Part shown: positions 19,800 through 30,553 of the stretch, piece after piece
How positions within the stretch are numbered: the first letter of the stretch is position 1
How the letters are laid out: every line of letters starts with the position of its first letter
NCBI GenBank assembly: GCA_016745075.1
Contig: JADGDD010000008.1
Location: 10,678-74,677 of the forward strand
Source of the DNA: Planctomycetota bacterium
GTDB taxonomy: Bacteria; Planctomycetota; UBA11346
Direction: 5' to 3'
Length of the DNA stretch: 64,000 nucleotides
Notes under the pieces: generated by a model
The model's database searches: none
Told to the model about the DNA's origin: nothing
Seen by the model: the letters and a program-made list of their open reading frames with translations, nothing else
Program-made: the position numbers and the translations under genes

Positions 19800-20939
19800 A
19801 TGACTCGAGACATTGCACCAGATAAAAAGCTCCTCTTCAAAGTCCATATGCCAAAATCGGTAGATGGCCCCTTGCTAGAAACTTTACATAGCGGCTTTAT
19901 TGGCCAAGGCACCAAAGTTGACGAATTTGAAGAAAAACTTCGTGCTTACTTCAACCATGAACATGTAGTTACCGTGAACTCTGGTACTTCTGCTCTCCAA
20001 TTGGCACTTCGTCTCGCCAATGTTGGTCCTGGCGATGAAGTCATCTCAACTCCTATGACTTGTACGGCCACCAATATGCCCGTTCTCGCTATGGGGGCAA
20101 AACTGGTCTGGGCAGACAGCAATCCTGTAACCGGCTTGATTGATGCGGAATCTATTCGTTCTAAAATTACAGAAAAAACAAAAGCCATTATTATGGTACA
20201 TTTTGGCGGATTGCCTTGTGATATTGATGGCATTAATGCCCTCGCACAAGAACATCAGATCAAAACAATTGAAGATGGTGCACACGCCTTTGGCGTTTCC
20301 TACAAAGGTAAAAAAGTAGGCTGCCATTCTGATTTTGTTATGTTCTCTTTACAAGCAATTAAACATATCACCACCATAGATGGCGGACTCTTATTCTGCA
20401 AGAATGCAGAAGATTACAAACGTGCTGTACTCTTACGTTGGTACGGCATTGATAGAAATGCCAAACGCAAAGAATTCCGTTGCGAAGAAAATATTGCTGA
20501 ATTTGGTTATAAATTTCATATGAATGATATTTGTGCAGTCATTGGCATAGAGCAATTAAAATATGTTGATGATTTACTGCAACGCCACCGTGATAATCAA
20601 CTCTTTTATGATGAGCGCCTCAAAGCGATTCCTGGCATTCAACTCATACCCAAACCATCAGACATCGTCTCATGCCCGTGGTTATATGTCTTACATGTCA
20701 CCGATGGCAGACGTAATGATTTTATGGCATGGATGGATACACAAAACGTTATGGCCTCCCGCGTACATGAACGCAACGATATCCACGATGCCTTCGCTGA
20801 AAGCAACTGTCAACTGCCTGGTGTTGATACATTTAATGCCAGCCAAGTTTCTATTCCGGTTGGCTGGTGGATTACCGACGACGACCGTGCCTATATTGCG
20901 GATAAAATAGAAGAGTTCTCGCAAACTTTCGTCCAATAA
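19800..20939 (+). CDS. DegT/DnrJ/EryC1/StrS family PLP-dependent sugar aminotransferase
   Basis: GDEVISTPMTCTATNMP...KTKAIIMVHFGGLPCDIDGI...IEDGAHAFG...FSLQAIKHITTIDGG with the PLP lysine present. Confidence 0.85.
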   Translation: MTRDIAPDKKLLFKVHMPKSVDGPLLETLHSGFIGQGTKVDEFEEKLRAYFNHEHVVTVNSGTSALQLALRLANVGPGDEVISTPMTCTATNMPVLAMGAKLVWADSNPVTGLIDAESIRSKITEKTKAIIMVHFGGLPCDIDGINALAQEHQIKTIEDGAHAFGVSYKGKKVGCHSDFVMFSLQAIKHITTIDGGLLFCKNAEDYKRAVLLRWYGIDRNAKRKEFRCEENIAEFGYKFHMNDICAVIGIEQLKYVDDLLQRHRDNQLFYDERLKAIPGIQLIPKPSDIVSCPWLYVLHVTDGRRNDFMAWMDTQNVMASRVHERNDIHDAFAESNCQLPGVDTFNASQVSIPVGWWITDDDRAYIADKIEEFSQTFVQ

Positions 20940-20968
20940 GTTCTCTCTAGCCACACAAGGTTCCCGCC

Positions 20969-21778
20969 ATGTCCATGCAACATATTATTATTACTCGTTT
21001 CAATATTCCGATGGTGGAACACACCGAAGATAAAAACGGTCAGAAAACACAGACTGATGCATGGATGGAAGAACGTTTTGCCCTGTTTGAAAAATTCTGC
21101 ATGCCGTCTATCATGGCACAGACCAACCAGAACTTTCAATGGGTGGTATTATTTGGCGCACATACCAGCCAACAATGGCGAGACCACATTACAGCAATAG
21201 AAGAACGCTATGATCGATTTACACCACTCTTTATGGATCACCCCAATATTGCTGAACCAATTAATGAGCTCGTTACTGATACCACCAAAAAAGTGCTCAC
21301 AACTCGTTTAGATAACGATGATGCGCTTCATAAAGAATATGTTGAAGTTATTCAGAAAAATGCTGAGTCCAAACAAGACAATTGTTTTCTGCTGTTCCGT
21401 TTTGGCTATTCCTTTAATGGAGAAATGGCAGTTGTTCGTTCACACAAATACAACCCCTTTAGTACTTTTATTGAATGCATTAACGATGAGAGAGCACCCA
21501 TTCAAACGGCTTATTGCAGCAGACATGGCCGCACCCATGAGGTAGCGCCTCTGCATTACATTAAAGAACGCCCTTTTTGGCTGGTTGGCATTCACGATAG
21601 AAACGCGGTTAATTTACACGTTGGGGAGACCAGAGATTATTCACTAAGCAAACCCAAAGATGTGCTCAAACTTATTCGTAATAGATATCTTCGCCCACTG
21701 CGTAGGTATTTTTGGCCAAAAGCTTACAGACAAACCTATACCTTAGCAGACATTCAAAAAGAATTTGGTGTGAAATAA
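20969..21778 (+). CDS. Putative glycosyltransferase (rhamnosyltransferase-like family)
   Basis: N-terminal HIIITRFNIP... resembles the putative rhamnosyltransferase family; placement inside a glycosylation cluster; weak assignment. Confidence 0.45.
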   Translation: MSMQHIIITRFNIPMVEHTEDKNGQKTQTDAWMEERFALFEKFCMPSIMAQTNQNFQWVVLFGAHTSQQWRDHITAIEERYDRFTPLFMDHPNIAEPINELVTDTTKKVLTTRLDNDDALHKEYVEVIQKNAESKQDNCFLLFRFGYSFNGEMAVVRSHKYNPFSTFIECINDERAPIQTAYCSRHGRTHEVAPLHYIKERPFWLVGIHDRNAVNLHVGETRDYSLSKPKDVLKLIRNRYLRPLRRYFWPKAYRQTYTLADIQKEFGVK

Positions 21779-21800
21779 AAGAACTGACTCAGACGTTCAT

Positions 21801-22709
21801 TTACCCACGTCTATTCTTTCGCCACAATCGCGCTACATGGCGACGGTCTGAGGGAATGCGTTGTAAAGCTGGAAGGCGACGGTAATTGACTCCGCCATCT
21901 GCGAGCACCACTTCTAAACCAAGCTCCCAAGCAATACGCAACGTTTCGTAAGACCAATCTCCTCCGCGACCAAAAGGCGCTGCAAAGACAGGGATATATC
22001 CGGGCAAATCTTGCAGAGCTGTTTGATCATCACGTAAAGCCTGCTGTTGCCACTGTGCAGATTTATGGATAAAACGTTCATGGTCACGACCATGCAACCC
22101 AACATGAAATACATGACTATCTAATTGGCTCAATGCTTCGTAAGAAAGAAAGCGGCTCGTGCCAAGCGACACTCCTGCCACCAACGCTTCTATTTTCTGG
22201 GTGCCATCACGATAAAACTCCGCATCGTCACAATGACGCAGATCTCGTGAAAGCTGCTCATATTCTGGAGTCCACAATTTCTGTAACGTTGAATCTGGAT
22301 GCTGCCGTAAAGCTTGTGCTATCGTAATCCAAACGGCATAAGGCTGGTTAAAAACACCACTATTCACAAATAATGTTGCCGGTATCTGCTGTTGCTGTAG
22401 CCACGGCAAAGCTTGTTCCGCTATGCTGTTATCTCCATCATCAAAGGTCAATACAGCATAATTACGGTCTAATGGCCCAGTACGCAATCGTTCTATCGCC
22501 TCTATCAAAGAAATAATAGGCATACGGCTGTGAAGAAAGCGCACACTGGCAGTAAATGTTTTTTGAGAAGTCCATGTCTCACGCGTATGTCGCTGTGGAC
22601 AAAAAGATTCACTGACTTGATGATAATTATAGACAGCTACATGAGGCCTGCCGTGTAAAGCCCGAGTAATGGCACCGGGGATTTTTTGTATTTCTCTAGC
22701 AATACTCAT
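21801..22709 (-). CDS. Polysaccharide deacetylase (NodB-like) family protein
   Basis: YAVLTFDDGDNSIAEQALPWLQQQQIPATLFVNSG; ATG overlaps the upstream GT4 stop (ATGA). Confidence 0.7.
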   Translation of the reverse strand: MSIAREIQKIPGAITRALHGRPHVAVYNYHQVSESFCPQRHTRETWTSQKTFTASVRFLHSRMPIISLIEAIERLRTGPLDRNYAVLTFDDGDNSIAEQALPWLQQQQIPATLFVNSGVFNQPYAVWITIAQALRQHPDSTLQKLWTPEYEQLSRDLRHCDDAEFYRDGTQKIEALVAGVSLGTSRFLSYEALSQLDSHVFHVGLHGRDHERFIHKSAQWQQQALRDDQTALQDLPGYIPVFAAPFGRGGDWSYETLRIAWELGLEVVLADGGVNYRRLPALQRIPSDRRHVARLWRKNRRG

Positions 22710-23872
22710 GACCGCACCAATTCATCATACAGTGCTTCTAAGGTTTTGCATTGCGTCTGAATATTAAAATATTCTTCCATACGTTGCCGCCCTTGCTGCC
22801 CAAACGTCATTCGTAGATGCACATCTGAAAGCATGTCATCTAAGCAACGGGTTAAATCTTTGGAGTCATTTTTCTTCGCCAACAAACCAGTACGTTGATC
22901 TTGAATCACTTCACCAATTCCACCACAGTCATAAGCGACCACGGGAAGCCCTGAAGCTGACGCTTCAGCACAAGCAAGAGACAAAGCTTCTTCTGCACCA
23001 GTGTCCATTACCCGAGATGGCACACAGGACACATCTGCTTCCTGAACAACTTTACGTACTTCTTCTGGTGGTAATAATCCGTAAAATGTGCACCGATCAG
23101 CTAAAGGGGCAGCCTGCTCTTCAAGCGCCTGCCGACTGGGGCCATCCCCAACGATATGATACTGCCAGTCTGGATATTTTTGAGACAACTCGATTGCTGC
23201 TCGTAATAAATCTTGGCAGCCCTTCTGTTCGTTTAATCGGCCAACAAAAACAACCCGTGGTGGATGATCTGTTTTATGAACTGCGGGTGTAAAGAGCGAG
23301 GTATCCAAACCAATATAATGGACTCGCACAGATGATTCGTCAGCGCCACCCGCTATGAGTTTTTTTTGCACAAATGCAGACACTGCCAACACGGGTGATT
23401 TTCGCTCAAATAACCGACGACGCGCACGCCCATATTGTGCGTTACTAGATTGAATCGTGATATCACTACCATGAAAGGTTGTCAGCAAGGGAACATCAAG
23501 CGCATCTGCCAGAGCCAGAGCTGGTGCAGCACTCCAACCAAAGTGGGCATGCACTAATTGCGGTTGATAAGCCCGCACCTTTTTCAACCATGCTGGAGGA
23601 ATCTTTCCAAAAACTCGTAAATAGATTTGTTGCAATAAAGAACAGCAGCCAGACTCAGACAAACAACAGGTATCCAAGCCATCCAATAAATGAGCACCAC
23701 TACGATCATAGGTGTAACCCGCCAATACTGCCCGCCAGTTTTCTAAATGACGAACTTGGCTGGCAATAAATGTTTCCGAGGCAGGCAACAAACGCTTACG
23801 AAACACCGCCACACAGGGTTTTCTCTCTGAGTCAGATTCTGTCGCAGTAAATGTTGATGAAGAGGCCGTCAT
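22706..23872 (-). CDS. Glycosyltransferase family 4 (GT-B fold)
   Basis: VVFVGRLNEQKGCQDL...SRVMDTGAEEALSLACAEASASGLPVVAYDCGGIGEVI; start moved to the in-frame ATG at 23872 (listed ORF begins 23971). Confidence 0.8.
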   Translation of the reverse strand: MTASSSTFTATESDSERKPCVAVFRKRLLPASETFIASQVRHLENWRAVLAGYTYDRSGAHLLDGLDTCCLSESGCCSLLQQIYLRVFGKIPPAWLKKVRAYQPQLVHAHFGWSAAPALALADALDVPLLTTFHGSDITIQSSNAQYGRARRRLFERKSPVLAVSAFVQKKLIAGGADESSVRVHYIGLDTSLFTPAVHKTDHPPRVVFVGRLNEQKGCQDLLRAAIELSQKYPDWQYHIVGDGPSRQALEEQAAPLADRCTFYGLLPPEEVRKVVQEADVSCVPSRVMDTGAEEALSLACAEASASGLPVVAYDCGGIGEVIQDQRTGLLAKKNDSKDLTRCLDDMLSDVHLRMTFGQQGRQRMEEYFNIQTQCKTLEALYDELVRS

Positions 23873-24080
23873 ACGTTCATGGAATACTTGCAGCTCTACC
23901 CATTGGCGCAACGCCCTGTTTTTGCAACCCTCTCCCACACCATCCAAAAACAACCGAACAGAAGGAGTCAAAACTCAAGCAAAACCAAAAGACAAACGAA
24001 CAGGCGGAGAGAAGGGGCCAAAGGCCCCGACCGACCGCCGAGATACGTTTTTGCTGATACAATGGGCAAAGCCCATCAGC

Positions 24081-24112
24081 AAAACACCCCAAGCGTAAAA
24101 CGCTTGGGGTGT
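24081..24112 (-). terminator. Rho-independent terminator downstream of the tRNA-Phe/tRNA-Ala pair
   Basis: 12-bp stem acaccccaagcg / cgcttggggtgt with 5-nt loop, followed on the minus strand by UUUU. Confidence 0.5.
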
Positions 24113-24171
24113 TATCGACAAAGGTCGTGGGGTGTGCGCCGAAGGCGCGAGGGGCAAAGCCCCTATACAAA

Positions 24172-24247
<76 letters not shown>

Positions 24248-24308
24248 ATATCTATTTTCAATTTAGCGTTTTAAGAACACTTGTAACCGCTTCTCAATAA
24301 CACTGTAG

Positions 24309-24384
24309 TGGTGGCCTCGGGCAGATTCGAACTGCCGACACAAGGATTTTCAGTCCTCCGCTCTACCAACTGAGCTACAAGGCC
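24309..24384 (-). tRNA. tRNA-Phe (anticodon GAA), CCA encoded
   Basis: 76-nt cloverleaf folded by hand: acceptor GGCCTTG/CGAGGCC, anticodon loop CT-GAA-AA, T-loop TTCGAAT, 3' ACCA. Confidence 0.95.
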
Positions 24385-24411
24385 GTCTCTACAACTTGTT
24401 ACCGCTGACGC

Positions 24412-24448
24412 GGGGGCGAAAAATAGGGCAGTTCTGGCTGCTGTCAAT
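24412..24448 (-). promoter_or_regulatory. Candidate sigma70-type promoter of the tRNA operon with GC-rich discriminator
   Basis: On the minus strand TTGACA (24448-24443), 17-nt spacer, TATTTT (24425-24420), then CGCCCCCG about 28 nt before the tRNA-Phe 5' end. Confidence 0.3.
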
Positions 24449-24528
24449 GGCTTCTTTTAGCAAACACTATGAAGAGAGCTCTTCTCTACTCTTTACACCG
24501 TTTCTCACACTGTTTTTGCACTGTTCTA

Positions 24529-25110
24529 TTACGTACTTTCACCACTTGCTTGGATACTATCCTTGATGTTTTCTGACTGCCCTTCGGCAAGATCACCTTC
24601 ATCGTCAGCGTCCAAAGGGACACCAAAGAGTTCCAATTGATGGTGTACAAGCTTAAACCCAAGCTCATGAGCAATACGCTCTTTGATAGCTTCGAGCTCC
24701 TCGTTAACGAACTCAATTACTTCACCGGTTTGCATATTGATCAAATGGTGATGATGATGCTTGGACATAATTGGCTCAAATGAAGCCGTTCCTGTACCAA
24801 AATCTCGTTTAACCGCTGCACCAATTTCAACAAGGAGGTTGATCGTACGATAGACGGTAGCTGTGCTGACCGTTGGATCTACTTCACGTACACGTTGATG
24901 CAGGTCTTCTGCAGTTACATGCTCTCTACAGCCAATAAACATTTCAACAATACTCTGCCGCTGATTCGTCCAACGAACATTTCTGGCCCGCGCCTCTTTG
25001 CGAACGCGTCCAACCAATTCTGCAACACTCTCTACAGGGAAATCTACTGGAGATTCCACGGGGCTTTCCACGGCACCGTCCGGCCCTTGGCGAATGGCTT
25101 CGTCTTTCAT
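24529..25110 (-). CDS. Fur family metal-responsive transcriptional regulator (Fur/Zur/PerR-like), with N- and C-terminal extensions
   Basis: Core SKHHHHHLINMQTGEVIEF parallels the Fur HHHDH metal-site block; winged-helix region TVYRTINLLVEIG; 193 aa. Confidence 0.75.
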   Translation of the reverse strand: MKDEAIRQGPDGAVESPVESPVDFPVESVAELVGRVRKEARARNVRWTNQRQSIVEMFIGCREHVTAEDLHQRVREVDPTVSTATVYRTINLLVEIGAAVKRDFGTGTASFEPIMSKHHHHHLINMQTGEVIEFVNEELEAIKERIAHELGFKLVHHQLELFGVPLDADDEGDLAEGQSENIKDSIQASGEST

Positions 25111-25351
25111 GCCCTATTCGTATACGCAGCGTGAGCAAAGGCAACGGTTTGCCGTTTTCTCATACCCCTAAGGCATGCACACACTGATTTAGAATTCACT
25201 TTATCGCAGCTTACTGCCTAAACGCTTGGCTTAGCGATTTTGCCCCTATCATCCCGCGTATCTACTCATTGCGGATTCTAGCGCTGCCTCCGTGCCATAG
25301 GTCCTAGCCCGCCCCACACTCTTTGGATACTCTCTAAAGAAAGGAATATAC

Positions 25352-26335
25352 ATGACTGCTCCTATTCGCGTTGCCGTTACTGGCGCTGCTGGTCAAATTT
25401 GCTACAGCCTTCTCCCACGCATTGCTGCTGGTGAAATGTTTGGCAAAGATCAACCGGTCATTCTTCAATTGCTAGAAATCCCTGTTGAAAAAGCACAACA
25501 AGCTCTTGTTGGTGTGGCTATGGAACTTGACGACTGTGCATTCCCATTACTACAAGATATTATCTGCACTGATGACCCAAAAGTTGCTTTTAAGGACGCA
25601 AACTGGTGTTTGCTAGTTGGCTCTAAGCCACGCGGACCTGGCATGGAACGTGCAGACCTTCTGAAAGACAATGGTAAAATATTCATTGGCCAAGGCCAAG
25701 CTATTGACGAAGTAGCCGCAGACGATTGCCGCGTTGCCGTTGTTGGTAACCCATGCAACACCAATGTGATGATTGCCGCTGCTCAAGCTAAACGCTTACC
25801 AGCAGAACGTTTTACTGCTATGACTCGCCTTGACCAAAACCGTGGCTGCACCCAGCTTGCACAAAAAGCAGGCGTTGCTGTTACTGAAGTAGAAAACTTA
25901 ATCATCTTTGGCAACCACTCACCAACAATGTACCCAGACTTTACTCATGCAACTATTGGTGGCAAACCTGCTGCTGAAGTGATCAACGACGATGCATGGC
26001 TCAAAGAAACCTTTATTCCAACGGTTGGCAAACGCGGCGCTGCAATTATTGCTGCTCGTGGCCTTTCTAGCGCTGGCTCTGCTGCCAATGCTTTAATCGA
26101 CCATGTTAAAGCTCTCCACACCCCATCAGACACGGTTCATTCTATCTGCGTGAAGAGCGACGGTAGCTACGGCTTCACTGCTGGCGTTTGGGCTAGCGTT
26201 CCTGTACGCACTACTGCTCCTGGCACCTATGAAATTGTTCAAGGCGTTGAACTTGATGAGTTCTCTCAAGGCCAAATCGCCATCACCAATGATGAACTTA
26301 CTGGTGAACGCGAAACCGTAAAAGACATGCTCTAA
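25352..26335 (+). CDS. mdh: Malate dehydrogenase (NAD-dependent)
   Basis: N-terminal [27 protein letters not shown] dinucleotide fold and MDH-type catalytic region. Confidence 0.9.
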   Translation: MTAPIRVAVTGAAGQICYSLLPRIAAGEMFGKDQPVILQLLEIPVEKAQQALVGVAMELDDCAFPLLQDIICTDDPKVAFKDANWCLLVGSKPRGPGMERADLLKDNGKIFIGQGQAIDEVAADDCRVAVVGNPCNTNVMIAAAQAKRLPAERFTAMTRLDQNRGCTQLAQKAGVAVTEVENLIIFGNHSPTMYPDFTHATIGGKPAAEVINDDAWLKETFIPTVGKRGAAIIAARGLSSAGSAANALIDHVKALHTPSDTVHSICVKSDGSYGFTAGVWASVPVRTTAPGTYEIVQGVELDEFSQGQIAITNDELTGERETVKDML

Positions 26336-26361
26336 AAACTCGTTCTTTAAAGAACACCCAT

Positions 26362-26396
26362 AAGCCTGACACATATTTGTGTCAGGCTTATTTTTG
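26362..26396 (+). terminator. Rho-independent terminator of mdh
   Basis: Stem aagcctgacac / gtgtcaggctt with 6-nt loop followed by ATTTTT. Confidence 0.6.
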
Positions 26397-26448
26397 ATGC
26401 TGACAAACTGTTTATTTACAAATAAGACAAGCCCCTTACATAGGGGAC

Positions 26449-26670
26449 GTGCCAACCATTCTCTTTGCTCTTATTGGATTGATCACCGGAATTATTCTGC
26501 TCACCCTCGCACCATTCTTTTGGGACCTCCAAGAACGATGGTGCTTTGGTGTACTGTTTTTATCCTTTGGGTTATTACTCGTTATTGGCTCATCTTTATT
26601 GGCCGCCGCAAGTCTCGTATTTAAGGCCACTCGAAAAAACTCTTCAACACCACCATTAGGACACCCATGA
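26449..26670 (+). CDS. Small two-TM membrane protein (hypothetical)
   Basis: 73 aa with two hydrophobic helices; stop overlaps the next start (ATGA); no recognisable family. Confidence 0.35.
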   Translation: MPTILFALIGLITGIILLTLAPFFWDLQERWCFGVLFLSFGLLLVIGSSLLAAASLVFKATRKNSSTPPLGHP

Positions 26671-27524
26671 GCGATAAACACATAAAACTCCTCTGCATCG
26701 GTAATAGTTTCACTGGAAGTGCGCTTGCCCATTTACCGAGTATGATTGCAGCCTCTCCACAGAACCATACCTTAATTTTAGGGGCGGCAATTATTGGCGG
26801 CGGGCCATGGGATCAACACTGGGGTGAAGTAGAAGCCAATAAAGCGAATCCTGCTCATGGTAAGCCCTATGATGGTAAAAGCCTCATAGAGATGCTTCAT
26901 CAAGAAACATGGGACATGATTACCATTCAGCAAAATAGCTGGAAAAGTTGTGACATGTCTACCTATTACCCCTACGCACAACTTATGTATGATTTTATTC
27001 GCAGCCACGCACCACAAGCCGAAATTATTATCCACCAAACATGGGCCTATCGAGATGACGAAAATATTCTCCCAGAGGGCTACTCATGTGAACACATGTA
27101 TCAAGACCTCACCACCAATTATCACGCCATTGCTAAAGAGCTTGGTATTCGTCGTATCATTCCGGCTGGCGATGCCTTCAGGAATGCTTACGATCATCCT
27201 CATTGGCAGTGCACTGCACCCGACCCACATTTTGATTACAAAAACCCGATTTTTCCACAGCTCCCAGATCAAACACATTCGTTAAGCAGAGGCTGGGGAT
27301 GGGATGAACAAAAAACACTGTGCATGGACCATCACGCAAACCTCTTAGGCGAATTTCTTGCCGGTGCCGTCTGGTTTGAATTCTTTTTTGAAGAAAGCAT
27401 TATTGGTAATAGTTATCGTTTTGAAGGCATGCAGGATACAGACGCGCAACTCTTGCAAGAAGTTGCACATGCAACCGTTCATCATGGCCACAAACCAGCA
27501 TTGTATCCGAAACACCTCAATTAA
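26667..27524 (+). CDS. SGNH/GDSL-hydrolase-like protein (possibly DUF4886-type)
   Basis: N-terminal LLCIGNSFTG resembles the SGNH block-I motif; weak assignment. Confidence 0.45.
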   Translation: MSDKHIKLLCIGNSFTGSALAHLPSMIAASPQNHTLILGAAIIGGGPWDQHWGEVEANKANPAHGKPYDGKSLIEMLHQETWDMITIQQNSWKSCDMSTYYPYAQLMYDFIRSHAPQAEIIIHQTWAYRDDENILPEGYSCEHMYQDLTTNYHAIAKELGIRRIIPAGDAFRNAYDHPHWQCTAPDPHFDYKNPIFPQLPDQTHSLSRGWGWDEQKTLCMDHHANLLGEFLAGAVWFEFFFEESIIGNSYRFEGMQDTDAQLLQEVAHATVHHGHKPALYPKHLN

Positions 27525-27527
27525 TAA

Positions 27528-30500
27528 CTACTGCACACACAATACCGATCCGTTTTGCAAAGCGACGAAAAGACGATCTCCACAGGCACTTAAACCATCC
27601 ACTACAGGCATTGCTGGCAAGGGCTGACTCCACTGCTCTGCTCCGCTCGTACTATTAAAAGCTGTTAATACAAATTGTGGGTCGTCATTGCCTCCTACTT
27701 GATGGGCACTCACAACCGTACTGCGACAAAGCAACAATGCCATGCTATTGTGTCCCTTCACTTCCCATACACGTAGCGCATCTTCATCTTTTTCCTGTTT
27801 ATCAAAATAATACCCAGACACCGCTTTTTTAGCCGATTGTTTACCACGGTAACGTGCCACGAATTGCTCTGTATCCCAACAAATAAGACGGTGGTTGGTA
27901 TTTTGTGTGCCACCAGACCCCATACGGATGAAAAAACGTTCATTCCAAACAGGAGGAATACGAGAAATTTCTGGAATACGAAATTCTTTACTGATCCCCG
28001 CTTCATCGGTCATAAACACATGTAACCCATTATTAACAACCGCATGTGTTGTTTCCATATGTAACATCCGTCCACCATGAATAATAATACCGTCGGCAAT
28101 ACGCCCAACAAAAGAACCGCCCGTTCTATAAGATCTCAGACGCTTATCCCATTGTGTTTTTTTGATACGACCATCGGCAAGCGCAACATGGAGAGGCTCA
28201 CTTCCTGCACCGCTAGCAAACACTGCATATTCACCATCACGACAAGCACCACCTTGGTTATGAGCTGCTTCTGGTAAACGTACCGCCCAGTTATGCTGAC
28301 CGGTTTGAATATCCAAACTCACTGCATAAACCCCATCGAATGCAAGCATGCCGCAACTTGTTACAACTGAATTTTCCGTGACAATCAGCGGCCCCATTAT
28401 TGGCCAGGTATCAATAAGTTGACCGTAATAAGGTATCCGTCGTTCTTGTGGTGTAAGCTGTGTCCGCCAAACAATCACACCTGTTTCTAAGCAACGCGCA
28501 CTGACAAAACCATCACTTGATCCAGCAATAACTAAACCTTGTGTTATATGCGGTGCCACAAAATAAGGCGAGCGTTCTTGTTTCTGCCAGACTACCGAGC
28601 CATCATCTGGCTGCACACGTCTTATGCTGCCATCTGTACCGCAAATAAAGACCGCTGTTGCTGTTGGTGTAACAAATAACCGAACATCGTTTGCTTCTGC
28701 TTGATAGACCCACTGCTGTTTTCCTTCAGCACAGATACTATCGTAAAATCCATTGCGATCTGTATGTCCACGCACAGCCGCAGGTGCAGGTGCACTCTGA
28801 TTATTTTTTGCAGATCCACCTGCACGCGTTACCGGAACATATGTTTCTGGAACCGTACTCGGAAATGCTCCACGTGCCGTCCACGCGCTCATTTCTTGTG
28901 AACATGAACAATCCATCGGTACACGCACCAACAAACCGCCAGCTGGTAACTCTCCATCCCAGCAATTCGAGCGTGACCATCGACTAAATAACGTTTCTCC
29001 AGTAACCACATTATATTGTTTACTAGCGCCATTCAGCATCCAATCACCAACCGCTGTGATACGTGAACAACCTCGCCCACCAAACTTTACTTTCTCTTGA
29101 ATAAGTGTTCCGTCTGCTGCATTGATAAGTACATTTTCGCCACGTTCTTTCTTCGGATGAGCAATCTTTGTGAGCAATCCATTTTTTGTCGCAAGAATAT
29201 GTATACTAAACTGACTCTTCTTCGGTTTTTCATAACTCCATATTTCTGCCCCAGTCTCTGGGTGAAAAGCTATAATATGACGACGTGCAGGAATTTCTAA
29301 AACATAGGCATCATCCATAAGCAGTGAGGCAGGTGTTGTCATCATCTTTTCACCAATGTGCACTTCATCAATGCGTTCAACAACAGCTGTATCCCTATTA
29401 CGCCAGCGCTCTGCCCCGGTGTTCGCATCAAGAGAGACAATCGATCCACCAACAGTATAATAACACATAATATTATTACGTAGTGCGCAGGTACGTGCAT
29501 CAATTGGCTTCTCTTCTTGTTTTTCCCACAATACGTTTCCATCTCGTACAGCTATAATCCGAAAACCAAAAACATGTTCTATCATACCCGTGACACGGTT
29601 TTCCCAACTAGGGCATTGAGCCAAAGTACCTTTATGCTCACCCGCATAGCGAACTGTTTTCACTGGTTCATCTGCTGGTCCTGCTAAAAGATACATGGTA
29701 TCATCTACGACCACCATCCATTTCAGGCTTTCACTTTCTTTACCATAGGTCCACGTTTGCAGCGTTTTTCCTGTTTCTGGTTCTATATCCTCAACTACAC
29801 CATCATGCATATAATAAAAATGATCAGGCTGGGCCACATACGCACTACGATGAACCTGCGTTCCTTTTGGAAGATCTCTCTGCCATAAAACAGTACCGTT
29901 ATACAAACTGCGAGCAGTTAATTTATAGAGATAGTTCCATTCACGTTTATGATCTGCACCCCAGCCAGTTGCTGTAAATATTCTACCGCCAGATATGGTA
30001 CTGGTAATGCCGGCTGGCTGATGGGCTGGGCCGCTAATCCACTGAAACGCACCTTTCAAACTCACCCGTTGATCTTCTGAAACATTATTATTATCTGGGC
30101 CGTGCTGCCAATGACTCCAATCATCTGCACCTTCTAAGGCCGGCTTACGAATAAGCGTATGAGTAGCTCCCTTAATAGCGACGACACGAGACCACGTTTT
30201 ATATTCAGGTGGTACAGTTGCCTGACCCGCCACCACCAGCGCCCCAAAGGGAGCAACCACCTGCATGGCCGCTGTCCATGGCACTGAAGCAGGGTCTGCG
30301 CAATAGACTATATCAATTAAATTTTCACCATAGGGCAACGAGCTGCCCTCAAACAATTCCAATAGGATTCCATCTGTATTTTGTAATTGCGTGACAAGAC
30401 TTTTTTCAGTCGCTGAGGAGCAGACAACAAGTCCACGTTGTTTGCCAACCGTTTGCAATAAAGCATCTGCCTCTACTGCTTCCACAGCATTCCAACACAG

Positions 30501-30551
30501 AAAAAGACAACAGACACTGAGCAGATACGACATACACGTAAAGGTTCTCAT
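27528..30551 (-). CDS. Secreted PQQ-like beta-propeller repeat protein, ~1007 aa (paralog of 9722-12826)
   Basis: Signal peptide; shared blocks with the paralog (ADDWSHWQHGPD vs TGNWSHAYGGPE; CWDGELPAGGLLVRVPMDCSCS vs CWINLIPAGGLLLMPEASAGCSCS); multiple propeller blades. Confidence 0.65.
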   Translation of the reverse strand: MRTFTCMSYLLSVCCLFLCWNAVEAVEADALLQTVGKQRGLVVCSSATEKSLVTQLQNTDGILLELFEGSSLPYGENLIDIVYCADPASVPWTAAMQVVAPFGALVVAGQATVPPEYKTWSRVVAIKGATHTLIRKPALEGADDWSHWQHGPDNNNVSEDQRVSLKGAFQWISGPAHQPAGITSTISGGRIFTATGWGADHKREWNYLYKLTARSLYNGTVLWQRDLPKGTQVHRSAYVAQPDHFYYMHDGVVEDIEPETGKTLQTWTYGKESESLKWMVVVDDTMYLLAGPADEPVKTVRYAGEHKGTLAQCPSWENRVTGMIEHVFGFRIIAVRDGNVLWEKQEEKPIDARTCALRNNIMCYYTVGGSIVSLDANTGAERWRNRDTAVVERIDEVHIGEKMMTTPASLLMDDAYVLEIPARRHIIAFHPETGAEIWSYEKPKKSQFSIHILATKNGLLTKIAHPKKERGENVLINAADGTLIQEKVKFGGRGCSRITAVGDWMLNGASKQYNVVTGETLFSRWSRSNCWDGELPAGGLLVRVPMDCSCSQEMSAWTARGAFPSTVPETYVPVTRAGGSAKNNQSAPAPAAVRGHTDRNGFYDSICAEGKQQWVYQAEANDVRLFVTPTATAVFICGTDGSIRRVQPDDGSVVWQKQERSPYFVAPHITQGLVIAGSSDGFVSARCLETGVIVWRTQLTPQERRIPYYGQLIDTWPIMGPLIVTENSVVTSCGMLAFDGVYAVSLDIQTGQHNWAVRLPEAAHNQGGACRDGEYAVFASGAGSEPLHVALADGRIKKTQWDKRLRSYRTGGSFVGRIADGIIIHGGRMLHMETTHAVVNNGLHVFMTDEAGISKEFRIPEISRIPPVWNERFFIRMGSGGTQNTNHRLICWDTEQFVARYRGKQSAKKAVSGYYFDKQEKDEDALRVWEVKGHNSMALLLCRSTVVSAHQVGGNDDPQFVLTAFNSTSGAEQWSQPLPAMPVVDGLSACGDRLFVALQNGSVLCVQ

Positions 30552-30553
30552 TA

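Noticed and set aside
26126-26732. Minus-strand ORFs 26126-26455 and 26436-26732
   Set aside because: They run antisense across the mdh 3' end, its terminator and the start of the downstream genes; no motif support.
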